This document shows positions 18,781 through 28,210 of a stretch of 32,000 bases of DNA, one piece after another. Source of the stretch: Candidatus Karelsulcia muelleri (GTDB lineage: Bacteria > Bacteroidota > Bacteroidia > Flavobacteriales > Blattabacteriaceae); assembly GCF_016888765.1 (NCBI RefSeq), contig NZ_CP069423.1, forward strand, positions 90,001-122,000. Reading direction: 5' to 3'. The notes beneath the pieces are model-generated. The model made no database searches and was not told the DNA's origin. It worked only from the letters and a program-made list of their open reading frames with translations. Positions within the stretch are counted from its first letter, which is position 1, and each line of letters opens with the position of its first letter. A program made the position numbers and the translations under genes.

Positions 18781-19753
18781 GATAGAGTAAATTTTTAGCA
18801 GCATGAATTATTTCGGTTTTACTAGGGTACCAAAGTTTAATTAAGTTTTTGGCATAAGGGGCTGGAGTATCTTCTAAAGTAATTCTTTTGATTGGAGCAT
18901 CTAAGTAATCAAAAGCATATTTTTGTACTAAATAAGTAATTTCAGATGAAATAGAACAAAATGGCCAAGCTTCTTCTAGAATAAGCAGTCGATTAGTCTT
19001 TTTAACTGATTTTAGGATTGTTTTATAATCCAATGGTCTTATTGTTTGTAAGTCAATGATTTCAATATCAATATTTTCTTTTTCTAGTTCTTTACTGGCT
19101 TTAAAAGCCAGTTTTAAAATTTTCCCAAAAGACACCAAGGTGAGATCTGCCCCTTGTTTTTTAATAAGAGATTTACCTAATGGTAAATAATATTCTAGAT
19201 TTGGAAGTTTCATTTGATCACTATACATGTGTTCTGATTCTAAGAAAATGATTACATCATTATCTTTAATAGCTGATTTTAAAAGCCCTTTAGCATCATA
19301 GGCATTAGATGGAACTACTACTTTTAGTCCAGGACAATGAGCATACAAAGTTTCTAAAGCTTGGGAATGGGTAGCTCCTAATGGACCAGCAAATCCTGTA
19401 GGGCCTCGAAAGACTATTGGTAGTTGCCATTGACCTCCACTCATTTGGCGGATTTTAGCAGCATGATTTATTATTTGATCTATAGCTACTAATGAAAAGT
19501 TGAAACTCATAAATTCAATAATTGGACGACAGCCATTTAAGGCGGAACCTATTCCTATCCCGGTAAAACCTAATTCTGAAATTGGAGTATCAATCACTCG
19601 GTTTTTTCCAAATTCTGCTAACATTCCTTTAGAAACTTTATAGGCTCCATTATATTCACCAACTTCTTCTCCAATTAAATAAATACTTTTGTCTCTTCTC
19701 ATTTCTTCACTCATAGCTTCTTTAATTGCTTCTCTAAAACTTATTGCTTTCAT
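18770..19753 (-). CDS. pdhB: Pyruvate/2-oxoacid dehydrogenase E1 component, beta subunit
   Basis: REAIKEAMSEEMRRD...IGEEVGEYNGAYKVSKG...RVIDTPISELGFTGIGIGSA shows the transketolase-like pyrimidine-binding domain. The C-terminal domain is present too. No E1-alpha gene is adjacent. Confidence 0.9.
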   Translation of the reverse strand: MKAISFREAIKEAMSEEMRRDKSIYLIGEEVGEYNGAYKVSKGMLAEFGKNRVIDTPISELGFTGIGIGSALNGCRPIIEFMSFNFSLVAIDQIINHAAKIRQMSGGQWQLPIVFRGPTGFAGPLGATHSQALETLYAHCPGLKVVVPSNAYDAKGLLKSAIKDNDVIIFLESEHMYSDQMKLPNLEYYLPLGKSLIKKQGADLTLVSFGKILKLAFKASKELEKENIDIEIIDLQTIRPLDYKTILKSVKKTNRLLILEEAWPFCSISSEITYLVQKYAFDYLDAPIKRITLEDTPAPYAKNLIKLWYPSKTEIIHAAKNLLYLKR

Positions 19754-19770
19754 TTTTTTTCTCTTTACTT

Positions 19771-20715
19771 TTAATATAAGAAAGAAATTAATTTCCTAAT
19801 TTTAGAAGTATGTCTTAGTCTTTTTAAAGTATGGATTTCGATTTGTCTACATCTTTCGCGAGTTAATTTTAAGATTTTAGCTATTTCTTCTAAAGAATGA
19901 GGGTAACAGCCTAGACCAAAATGAAGTTTAATAATTTTAGCTTCTCTCTCGGGTAGAGTGTTTAAAACTGATTGGATTTCTTCTTTAAGAGAATCAAATT
20001 CTAATTTTTCTTCTGCATTTTCACAATTTTCATTTTGGAAAATTTCATACAAGTTAACTGGTTCTTCGCCTTCATTCAAGGGAGCATCTAAAGAAGGGAG
20101 TTTATATGAGTTGAGTAGTGCTTCATCTACTTCTTTTTCTGTACATTTTAAGGTGTCGCTTATTTCTTTTATAGTGGGTTTTATTTGGAAGTTTTGTTCG
20201 AATTTTAAAATGAATTTATTGACTTTATTATAAAATGCTATCTTATTTGTTGGGCACCGTATTCCACGAGATTGTTCCGAAATAGCTTGTAATATCGATT
20301 GTCTAATCCACCAAACGCAATATGAAATGCATTTGTATCCTTTTCGTTCATCAAATCTACAGATTCCTTTTATTAAGCCCATATTGCCTTCATTAATTAA
20401 ATCACTAAAGCTCAAGCCTTGGTTTTGATATTTTTTAGCTATAGAAACTACAAAACGAAGGTTGGATTTTATTAATAGATCAATACATTTTTTAGCTATT
20501 TTCTTTTCATATTGAGTTGCCTTATCATTATATCCCCTTCTAATTTTTCTAGCCAAAATTATTTCTTCTTTATAAGATAATAATTTAATTTTTCCTATTT
20601 CCTCTAAGTATTTTTCAATAGTTTCTTCATCTAAATTTTGGTATAATTTCTGTTTTTTATTTTTGATCATCTTTTGAATCTGATTTTGAGGTTTAAGAGG
20701 TTGGTTTAATATCAT
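19771..20715 (-). CDS. rpoD: RNA polymerase sigma factor, primary sigma-70 type
   Basis: Region 2 (NLRFVVSIAKKYQNQGLSFSDLINEGNMGLIKGICRFD...YKCISYCVWWIRQSI) and region 4 (LPEREAKIIKLHFGL...SLEEIAKILKLTRERCRQIE) are recognisable. The start overlaps the pnp stop in an ATGA junction. Confidence 0.92.
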   Translation of the reverse strand: MILNQPLKPQNQIQKMIKNKKQKLYQNLDEETIEKYLEEIGKIKLLSYKEEIILARKIRRGYNDKATQYEKKIAKKCIDLLIKSNLRFVVSIAKKYQNQGLSFSDLINEGNMGLIKGICRFDERKGYKCISYCVWWIRQSILQAISEQSRGIRCPTNKIAFYNKVNKFILKFEQNFQIKPTIKEISDTLKCTEKEVDEALLNSYKLPSLDAPLNEGEEPVNLYEIFQNENCENAEEKLEFDSLKEEIQSVLNTLPEREAKIIKLHFGLGCYPHSLEEIAKILKLTRERCRQIEIHTLKRLRHTSKIRKLISFLY

Positions 20716-22799
20716 TTTAAGGCTTTATTTGAGAATATCATTTTCCCATTTTTATTATCTACTCCCAAATATTTGACTAAGATTATATCTCCAATTTTTA
20801 AAAAATATTCTAATCTATCAAATTGCTTAAAATTAATTTCAGAAATCTGTAAGAGGCTTTCTACACCTTTATAAATTTCAATAAATACTCCGAATTCTGT
20901 TATAGATTTAACTCTTGCCTTATAGATATTTCCAATTTTAGGAATAAGAGATTTTATTACTCTTACTGCTTTTTTAATTTCCTCATTTTTTTTTCCAATT
21001 ACTTCAATACGTCCTAAATTATTTTTTTCCTCGATCAAAATACTTGTATTAGTTTCATGTTGAATGTCATTAATTTTTTTTCCACCATAACCTATCACCG
21101 CCCCGATAAAGGATTTAGGTATAGTGAAAGCATAAATTTTTGGAGCATGAGGTTTAAGAAATATTCTAGGTTTTGGTATAGTTTTTAACATTTTGCTTAA
21201 AATAAATAATCTCCCAATTTTAGCCTTTAAAAGTATTTTTGCTAAAATTTCATTATTCAAACATTCAACTTTCACATCCATTTGACATGCAGTAATTCCT
21301 AGTTTAGTCCCTGCTATTTTAAAATCCATATCTCCCCATGAATCTTCTTCTCCTAAGATATCTGATAGTACTATTTTTTCTCCAGTTGATTGATTGATAA
21401 TTAAGCCCATCGCAATTCCTGCTACTGGTCTAATAATAGGTATTCCAGCATCCATCAAGGCTAAAGTACTTGCACATACGGTTGCCATAGAAGAGGACCC
21501 ATTAGATTCTAAGACATCTGCTACTATTCTTACAGTATATGGATTATTACTTGGCAGTATATTCTTTAAAGCTCTTTGAGCTAAATTACCATGTCCTATT
21601 TCACGACGTGAAATACCTCTAATAATTCTTATTTCTCCGGTAGAAAAAGGTGGAAAATTATAGTGTAAATAAAATTTTTGTTGAGCTGGTTCAGTTGGCT
21701 CAATTACAGCCTCGACTTTCTTAACGTCTGAAGAGGACCCTAAAGTAATGGTAGCTAAAGCTTGTGTTTCACCTCTTGTAAATAAGGCGGAACCATGAAC
21801 TCCTGGTAAAAAATCCACTTGACACCAAATATCTCTTATTTTATTAAAATTACGTCCATCTATCCTTTGTTTTGTTTTAAACATTAAATCAAGAATAATT
21901 TTCTGTTTTAATTCGTTAAAATAATATTTTATTTCAGTTTCACTTGGCTGCATTTTTTGTTTTACTTTTTTTAATAAAGTTTCTAATTTGTCATTTCTTT
22001 TTTGTTTATTATAAAATTTATTATAAATTTTTGTTATATTGTATTTTATTAATTTGATTATTTTATCATTAAAAAAAAAATTAGCTGCTGTTTTATTGAT
22101 TAGAGGTTTAAGTTGAATTTTTTTTCTTAATCGTTTTTGAGCTGATATTTGAGATTTAATATGTTTGTGAGCATATTTTATAGCTTTTAGAAGTTCCAAT
22201 TCAGAGATTTCTTTCATTTCACCTTCTATCATAAGAATTGAACTGTTAGACCCACCTATAATTAACTCAAAACTTGAGTTTTTAAGTTGTTCTATTCCAG
22301 GATTTAATACAAAAGAATTATTGACTCTAATTATTCTTACCATTGAAACCGGTTCTTTAAAAGGGATTTCAGAAATATATAATGCAGCAGAAGCTGCTAG
22401 GCAGGCTAAAACATCTGGTAATATATTTTTATCATAAGATAAAAGAGAAATCATAATTTGAATATCTTTATAGAAGTTTTTGGGAAAAATGGGTCGTAAT
22501 ACACGATCTATAAGTCTCATCGTCATTATCTCTTCTTCTGTCGGTCGGCCTTCTCTTTTAAGATATCCACCCGGAATTTTACCTATCGCTGAATATTTTT
22601 CTCTATAATCTATAGTAAGTGGTAGAAAATTTCCACCTTCTTTTTCTTCTTTTGAAATTACTACTGTAGCCAGTAAAATTGTATTTCCCATTCTGATTAG
22701 AACTGAACCATCGGCTTGCTTTGCTAATTGGCCCGTTTCAATATTTAGATATTTTCCATCCTTTAAAAATATTTTTTCTTTTATTAATTTTGGCAGCAT
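20712..22799 (-). CDS. pnp: Polyribonucleotide nucleotidyltransferase (PNPase)
   Basis: Two RNase PH domains are present (DGRNFNKIRDIWCQVDFLPGVHGSALFTRGETQAL; SNGSSSMATVCASTLALMDAGIP). They are followed by KH (IGAVIGYGGKKINDI) and S1 (GNIYKARVKSITEFGVFIEI) domains. Confidence 0.95.
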   Translation of the reverse strand: MLPKLIKEKIFLKDGKYLNIETGQLAKQADGSVLIRMGNTILLATVVISKEEKEGGNFLPLTIDYREKYSAIGKIPGGYLKREGRPTEEEIMTMRLIDRVLRPIFPKNFYKDIQIMISLLSYDKNILPDVLACLAASAALYISEIPFKEPVSMVRIIRVNNSFVLNPGIEQLKNSSFELIIGGSNSSILMIEGEMKEISELELLKAIKYAHKHIKSQISAQKRLRKKIQLKPLINKTAANFFFNDKIIKLIKYNITKIYNKFYNKQKRNDKLETLLKKVKQKMQPSETEIKYYFNELKQKIILDLMFKTKQRIDGRNFNKIRDIWCQVDFLPGVHGSALFTRGETQALATITLGSSSDVKKVEAVIEPTEPAQQKFYLHYNFPPFSTGEIRIIRGISRREIGHGNLAQRALKNILPSNNPYTVRIVADVLESNGSSSMATVCASTLALMDAGIPIIRPVAGIAMGLIINQSTGEKIVLSDILGEEDSWGDMDFKIAGTKLGITACQMDVKVECLNNEILAKILLKAKIGRLFILSKMLKTIPKPRIFLKPHAPKIYAFTIPKSFIGAVIGYGGKKINDIQHETNTSILIEEKNNLGRIEVIGKKNEEIKKAVRVIKSLIPKIGNIYKARVKSITEFGVFIEIYKGVESLLQISEINFKQFDRLEYFLKIGDIILVKYLGVDNKNGKMIFSNKALK

Positions 22800-22801
22800 A
22801 G

Positions 22802-22972
22802 TTATTTTAGCAATGATTTAATTATTTGTTTTTTTTTAGTAAGTTTTTTAATTAAAATTCTATAAGTATTATAATCGTGTTGATTTTGTTTTAAATGATT
22901 AGTAATTATTTTTATCTTTTTATTTAAGTATAATAGTTGTGCTAGATTGGAACCAGTATCTAATTTTTTCAT
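22802..22972 (-). CDS. rpsO: 30S ribosomal protein S15, miniaturised (56 aa)
   Basis: From the internal ATG at 22972, MKKLDTGSNLAQLLYLNKKIKIITNHLKQNQHDYNTYRILIKKLTKKKQIIKSLLK aligns to the S15 core (DTGS...I..L..H...HK.D.HS.R.L......R..LL.YL). The upstream part of the 101-aa ORF is low-complexity Y/I/L sequence translated from an AT repeat. Confidence 0.8.
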   Translation of the reverse strand: MKKLDTGSNLAQLLYLNKKIKIITNHLKQNQHDYNTYRILIKKLTKKKQIIKSLLK

Positions 22973-22988
22973 TTCTAATATTTGATTA

Positions 22989-23028
22989 TATAATAATATA
23001 ATAATATAATAATATAATAATATAATAT
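22989..23028. repeat. Tandem 8-bp repeat (TATAATAA), four perfect copies plus one imperfect copy
   Basis: Perfect units lie at 22989-22996, 22997-23004, 23005-23012 and 23013-23020, followed by TATAATAT at 23021-23028. The repeat sits in the 72-nt gap between divergent rpsO and rpmE. Confidence 0.9.
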
Positions 23029-23044
23029 AATAAATAAATATAAA

Positions 23045-23299
23045 ATGAAAAAAGGAATACATCCAAAAAATTATAGAATTGTAGTATTTCAAGATATAGC
23101 CAGCCAAAATAAAATATTTTGTAAATCAACAGTAGAAACTAAAAATGTTATAAAAATTAAAAATAAAGTTTATCCTTTATATAAAATGGAAGTTTCTAGC
23201 TTCTCGCATCCTACTTATATTGGGAAACTAAAATATATTAATAAAGCTGGTAGAATAGAAAAGTTTAATGCTAAATATAGCTCATATCAAAAAAGATAA
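23045..23299 (+). CDS. rpmE: 50S ribosomal protein L31
   Basis: MKKGIHPKNYRIVVFQD...SSFSHPTYIGKLKYINKAGRIEKFNAKY matches the L31 pattern and has no CxxC pair. Confidence 0.9.
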   Translation: MKKGIHPKNYRIVVFQDIASQNKIFCKSTVETKNVIKIKNKVYPLYKMEVSSFSHPTYIGKLKYINKAGRIEKFNAKYSSYQKR

Positions 23300-23303
23300 T
23301 ATG

Positions 23304-24305
23304 CTAAGGTTTGATCGAAAATTTATCGAATAAATTTCGTTCATATTTTAATTTACCAACTAGAGCAATCATAGCTGCATTATCATTTGAAAATTGTTGT
23401 GGAAAAAAAGTTTTCCAGTTATTTTCTAGAGATTTTTTGCTAAAAAATTTTTTTAATCCAAGATTTGATGAAATTCCTCCAGAAAAAACTATATTTTTTA
23501 TTCCAGTTTTTTTAACAGTTTTATTTAATTTATCAAATAATATCTCAAAAACAGTCTCTTGAAAAGAAGCACAGATATCATTAATATTTTGGGAAATAAA
23601 TTTCCTATTTGTTTTAATTTTAGTTTTCAATAAATCTAAACAATTAGTTTGTAACCCACTAAAACTAAAATTTAATTTTTTTACTTTAGGTTTCTTAAAA
23701 CCAAAGGTTTTCGAATTCCCTAATTGAGCATATTTATCTATAATTCTCCCCCCTGGATATTTAAATCCAAGTCTTTTAGCCATATTATCAAAGAGATTTC
23801 CTAAAGAAATATCGTTCGAACTCCCTAAAATTTTAAATTCTAAAAAATCTTTTACTTTTATTATATTAGTATGTCCTCCACTAATAGATAAAGAAATAAA
23901 TGGAAAATTAGGGGGAGTAGAATGTACTCCTTTAATAAAATGAGCTAGAATATGAGCTTGAATATGATTGACAGAAATTAATGGAATTTGCCAGCACAGA
24001 GCTAATGATTTTGCAAAAGCACTGCCAACTAATAAAGAACCGATTAACCCTGGGGAATTAGTAAATGCAATAGCATTAATAGTATTATTTTTAATTTTTG
24101 CCTTAAAAATAGCATTATTAACTACAGAAACTATATGCTGAAGATGCAAACTGGCAGCTAGTTCAGGGACCACTCCACCAAATTTTTGATGAATTGTTTG
24201 AGTTCTTACAATATTTGATAAAACTGTGTGGTTATTTAGAATGGCTGCACAAGTATCATCACAAGAGGTATCTATACCTAAAATAATTAAATTCTTTTTT
24301 TTCAT
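23304..24305 (-). CDS. tsaD: tRNA N6-adenosine threonylcarbamoyltransferase TsaD (Kae1/Gcp family)
   Basis: ILGIDTSCDDTCAAI, GGVVPELAASLH, NHIQAHILA and ISGGHT match the family. The start is placed at the internal ATG (24305, MKKKNLIILGIDTS). The 21-codon upstream extension of the ORF has no homology and runs into rpsL. Confidence 0.9.
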   Translation of the reverse strand: MKKKNLIILGIDTSCDDTCAAILNNHTVLSNIVRTQTIHQKFGGVVPELAASLHLQHIVSVVNNAIFKAKIKNNTINAIAFTNSPGLIGSLLVGSAFAKSLALCWQIPLISVNHIQAHILAHFIKGVHSTPPNFPFISLSISGGHTNIIKVKDFLEFKILGSSNDISLGNLFDNMAKRLGFKYPGGRIIDKYAQLGNSKTFGFKKPKVKKLNFSFSGLQTNCLDLLKTKIKTNRKFISQNINDICASFQETVFEILFDKLNKTVKKTGIKNIVFSGGISSNLGLKKFFSKKSLENNWKTFFPQQFSNDNAAMIALVGKLKYERNLFDKFSIKP

Positions 24306-24350
24306 GGTTAAAAAAAAATGATTACTTTTGTACTTAAAGACAGTTCTATA

Positions 24351-24725
24351 ATGCCTACAATTCAACAATTAATAAAAAAAGGTAGAAAAAAAAGAAAAAA
24401 TCCAAGTAAATCTTTAGCCTTAAATCACTGTCCTCAATGTAGAGGAGTATGTCTTCGAGTATATACAACTACACCCAAAAAACCGAATTCTGCTATGAGA
24501 AAAGTTGCAAGAGTTCGTCTAAGCAATGGAAAAGAAGTAAACGCTTATATACCTGGGGAAGGACATAATCTTCAAGAACATTCAATAGTTTTGATAAGGG
24601 GAGGGCGTGTGAAGGATTTACCAGGAGTACGTTATCATATCATTAGAGGAGCTTTGGATACTTTAGGAGTTAAAGATAGAAAGAAATCCCGTTCCAAATA
24701 TGGAACCAAACAGAAAAGTAAATAA
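24351..24725 (+). CDS. rpsL: 30S ribosomal protein S12
   Basis: [14 protein letters not shown]...[74 protein letters not shown] is S12. The start is set at the conserved MPTIQQL rather than the upstream ORF ATG at 24318. Confidence 0.97.
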   Translation: MPTIQQLIKKGRKKRKNPSKSLALNHCPQCRGVCLRVYTTTPKKPNSAMRKVARVRLSNGKEVNAYIPGEGHNLQEHSIVLIRGGRVKDLPGVRYHIIRGALDTLGVKDRKKSRSKYGTKQKSK

Positions 24726-25204
24726 TGAGAAAATTAAAAAAAACAAACAGAATATACGAACCAGATCCAAAATTTAAAGAACCATTAGTTACAAGATTTG
24801 TGAATCATTTAATGAAACATGGGAAAAAAAAATTAGCATATAGAATATTTTATAATTTTCTAGATGAATTAGAAAAGATCAATAATAAGAAAAATAAGAA
24901 AAAAGGAATAAAAATTTGGAAAAAAGCTTTAAAAAATGTTACTCCACAAGTCTATATAAGAAGCAAACGAATAGGGGGGACAAAAATAAATATACCAATT
25001 ATTATACCAAAAAACTTACAATTAACTAAAGCTATTAAATTACTTATTAATAGTTCTAAAGAAAGAAAAGAAAAAGCAATGTATAAGAAATTAGCAGGAG
25101 AAACCTTAGCAGCTTACAAAAAAGAGGGAAGAGCAATAAAAAAAAAAGATAATATGCATAAAATAGCTGAATCCAATAAAGCCTTTTCACATCTAAAATT
25201 TTAA
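24725..25204 (+). CDS. rpsG: 30S ribosomal protein S7
   Basis: PDPKFKEPLVTRFVNHLMKHGKKKLAYRIFYNFLD and the C-terminal NKAFSHLKF match S7. The gene is in the canonical position after rpsL. Confidence 0.93.
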   Translation: MRKLKKTNRIYEPDPKFKEPLVTRFVNHLMKHGKKKLAYRIFYNFLDELEKINNKKNKKKGIKIWKKALKNVTPQVYIRSKRIGGTKINIPIIIPKNLQLTKAIKLLINSSKERKEKAMYKKLAGETLAAYKKEGRAIKKKDNMHKIAESNKAFSHLKF

Positions 25205-25216
25205 AAACCAAACCAA

Positions 25217-27310
25217 ATGGGAACAAAGTTAAAATATACAAGAAATATTGGATTCGCAGCTCATATAGATGCGGGGAAAACTACACTAACAGAAAGAATA
25301 TTATTCTATACTGGAATAAATCATAAACTTGGAGAAGTTCATGATGGTACGGCTACTATGGATTGGATGGCACAAGAACAAGAGAGAGGAATTACTATAA
25401 CTGCTGCCGCTACACGGTGTGAATGGAAAAATAAAGATAAGCTATATAAAATTAACATTATAGATACACCAGGTCATGTGGATTTTACTGTGGAAGTTGA
25501 AAGATCGTTAAGAATATTAGATGGTTTGGTGATTTTATTTAGTGCAGTGGATGGGGTTGAACCCCAATCAGAAAATATTTGGTTACAAGCTGACAAATAT
25601 AAAGTACCAAGAATTTGTTTTATTAATAAGATGGATAGGCAAGGTGCGAGTTTTTTTGAAGTTTGTGATCAAATAGAAAAAGTACTAGATACTAATTGTT
25701 TGATCTTACAAATCCCTATAGGGAATGAGGACAGTTTTCAAGGGATCGTAGATCTAATTTATAAGAAAGCATTCATATGGAATGAAATTGACTTTGGCAG
25801 AACCTTAAAAGAAATCCCAATTCCTTCGAATTTAAGCCAATTGACGGAAGAATATCGAAACAAAATGATAGAAAGGTTAGCTGAGTATGATAGTAAACTT
25901 TTTGAGAAATACTTTGATTCAAAAAACCAAATCACTGAAGAGGAGATAATAACTACTATAAAAAAACAGACCTTAAAACTGGAAATAACTCCTGTTATTT
26001 GTGGTTCAGCTTTCAAAAATAAAGGAGTCCAATATATTTTGGATGCAATCTGCAGATTTCTACCATCACCACTAGAATGTAAAAAGATATACGGTTATAG
26101 TGTGCAGGAAAAAAAAAAACAACCGATTATTCCAAAGATTAATAAACCTTTTTCAGCTTTAGCTTTTAAAATTTCTTCTGATCCTTTTGTTGGAAAATTG
26201 ACTTTTTTTAGAGTCTATTCAGGAAAAATAAAATCTGGATCTTATGTTTTAAACAGTAGAACAAATAAGAAAGAAAGGATTTCAAGAATTTATCAAATGC
26301 ATGCTAATAAACAAAATCCTATTAATTTAATTAAAACTGGTGATATTGGAGCCGCAGTAGGGATTAAAAATATTAAAACTGGAGATACTCTCTGTGATAT
26401 TAAGAATCCAATTTTTTTAGAACAGATCTTTTTCCCAGCCCCCGTGATTGGATTAGCTATTGAACCTAAATACAAATCAGATATAGATAAAATGAGTATG
26501 GCGCTATCCAAATTAATAGTAGAAGATCCATCATTCCAAATTCGGAATGATCAAACCACTGGACAAACCATAATTTCAGGAATGGGAGAGTTACATTTAG
26601 AGATTATTCTTGATAGAATTAAAAGAGAATTTAACGTTGAAGTTAATAAAGGCAAGCCACAAGTAGAATATAAAGAAATATTAACTAAAACAGTTCTTCA
26701 CAGAGAAATCTATAAAAAACAAACTGGTGGAAAAGGGAAATATGCTGATATTCTATTTCAGATTGAACCAATAAAAAAAGATTTCCAAGGGTTAAAATTT
26801 GTAAATCAAGTAAAAGGAGGAAATATTCCAACAGAATTTATTCCTTCAATAGAAAAGGGCTTTAAAGAAGCTTTAAGAAATGGGCCTTTAGCAGGATACG
26901 AAATAGAAAAAGCTAAAATTATTTTACTTGATGGATCATATCATACAGTAGATTCAGATCAACTATCTTTCGAATTAGTTAGTAAAATAGGGTTTAAAAA
27001 TGCAGCTAAAAAAGCTAAGCCATATCTTTTAGAACCTTTTATGAAGTTGGAAGTTTTTACTCATCCAAAATATATGGGTCTTATTGTTGGGGATCTGAAT
27101 CGTAGGAGAGGTGTAATTCAAGGAATGGAAGATAAGCGAAAAAATGTAAAACTTATTAAAGCAGTAGTTCCACTCTCTGAAATGTTTGGGTATGTCACGG
27201 CTTTAAGGACTTTATCTTCTGGAAGAGCCACCTCAATAATGATGTTTTCTCATTATCAGAAAGCTCCTGAAAGGATTTGGAATAAAATAATATATAAAGA
27301 AATATGTTAA
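25217..27310 (+). CDS. fusA: Elongation factor G
   Basis: RNIGFAAHIDAGKTTLTERILFYTG, DWMAQEQERGITITAAAT, IIDTPGHVDFTVEVERSLR and INKMDR match EF-G. Domains IV and V are present. Confidence 0.97.
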   Translation: MGTKLKYTRNIGFAAHIDAGKTTLTERILFYTGINHKLGEVHDGTATMDWMAQEQERGITITAAATRCEWKNKDKLYKINIIDTPGHVDFTVEVERSLRILDGLVILFSAVDGVEPQSENIWLQADKYKVPRICFINKMDRQGASFFEVCDQIEKVLDTNCLILQIPIGNEDSFQGIVDLIYKKAFIWNEIDFGRTLKEIPIPSNLSQLTEEYRNKMIERLAEYDSKLFEKYFDSKNQITEEEIITTIKKQTLKLEITPVICGSAFKNKGVQYILDAICRFLPSPLECKKIYGYSVQEKKKQPIIPKINKPFSALAFKISSDPFVGKLTFFRVYSGKIKSGSYVLNSRTNKKERISRIYQMHANKQNPINLIKTGDIGAAVGIKNIKTGDTLCDIKNPIFLEQIFFPAPVIGLAIEPKYKSDIDKMSMALSKLIVEDPSFQIRNDQTTGQTIISGMGELHLEIILDRIKREFNVEVNKGKPQVEYKEILTKTVLHREIYKKQTGGKGKYADILFQIEPIKKDFQGLKFVNQVKGGNIPTEFIPSIEKGFKEALRNGPLAGYEIEKAKIILLDGSYHTVDSDQLSFELVSKIGFKNAAKKAKPYLLEPFMKLEVFTHPKYMGLIVGDLNRRRGVIQGMEDKRKNVKLIKAVVPLSEMFGYVTALRTLSSGRATSIMMFSHYQKAPERIWNKIIYKEIC

Positions 27311-27600
27311 ATTATAAAATTAAAATAAAAGCATTTGACGGATATATATTAAACCTATCAGTAATAAAAATTATGAATTACATTTCAAAGCAGAATATAA
27401 AAGTTAATGGACCAATTACCTTACCAACTAAAAAAAAAATATATACCATATTAAGATCACCACATGTGCATAAAAAATCAAGAGAACAATTTAAATGGTT
27501 CATCCATAAAAGAGTTTTAATGGTATATAATGTAAAATCAAATTGTTTCAAACAAATTGATCTCCCTAGTGGAGTAAAATTAGAACCAAAAAAATGTTAG
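27304..27600 (+). CDS. rpsJ: 30S ribosomal protein S10
   Basis: [13 protein letters not shown]...[29 protein letters not shown] matches S10. The start overlaps the fusA stop. Confidence 0.93.
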   Translation: MLNYKIKIKAFDGYILNLSVIKIMNYISKQNIKVNGPITLPTKKKIYTILRSPHVHKKSREQFKWFIHKRVLMVYNVKSNCFKQIDLPSGVKLEPKKC

Positions 27601-28208
27601 GGCTAATTGGAAAGAAGATAGGTATGACTAGTTATTTTAATGAGTTAGGTTACTGTATACCCTGTACAGTAATAAAAGCTGGACCCTGTACAGTATTACA
27701 AAAAAAAACTCTAAAAAAAGATGGCTATTATTCTCTTCAACTAGGGTTTGAAGAGAAAAAAAAAACTAATAAACCTTTATTAGGCCATTTTAATAAATTT
27801 AACTCCTCTCCGAAAAAAATAATATTTGAATTTGCAGGTAATTTTTTAAATTCTCCAGGAGATATAATAAAAGTAGATTTCTTTAAAGAAAATGAGAAAG
27901 TAGACATAGTAGGAAAATCGAAAGGTAAAGGCTTTCAAGGTGTTGTCAAACGTCATGGCTTTTCCGGAGTGGGCGAAAAAACACATGGTCAACATAACCG
28001 TGCTCGTGCTCCTGGAGCTATTGGAGCTGGTTCAGATCCATCCAGAGTGTTTAAGGGAACACGAATGGCAGGGAGAATGGGTGGAAAAAGAAGCACGATA
28101 AAAAATTTAAATATTTTAAAAATAGATTTTAAAAGAAATTTATTAATAGTAAAAGGTTCAGTCCCAGGTCCCAAAAATTCTTATTTATTAATAAATAAAA
28201 TTGGATAA
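27594..28208 (+). CDS. rplC: 50S ribosomal protein L3
   Basis: [34 protein letters not shown] and [23 protein letters not shown] match L3. Confidence 0.95.
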   Translation: MLGLIGKKIGMTSYFNELGYCIPCTVIKAGPCTVLQKKTLKKDGYYSLQLGFEEKKKTNKPLLGHFNKFNSSPKKIIFEFAGNFLNSPGDIIKVDFFKENEKVDIVGKSKGKGFQGVVKRHGFSGVGEKTHGQHNRARAPGAIGAGSDPSRVFKGTRMAGRMGGKRSTIKNLNILKIDFKRNLLIVKGSVPGPKNSYLLINKIG

Positions 28209-28210
28209 AA

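Noticed and set aside
22973-23107. The N-terminal 45 residues of the 101-aa ORF 22802-23107 (MAGYILKYYNSIIFWMYSFFHFIFIYYIILLYYYIIILLYNQILE).
   Set aside because: This is a low-complexity Y/I/L translation of the TATAATAA repeat and of the antisense strand of the rpmE 5' end. S15 homology begins only at the internal ATG (22972).
24306-24368. The 21-codon upstream extension of the tsaD ORF and the 11-codon extension of the rpsL ORF (24318-24350).
   Set aside because: Conserved N-termini begin at MKKKNLIILGIDTS (tsaD) and MPTIQQL (rpsL). The extensions would make the two divergent genes overlap and carry no homology.
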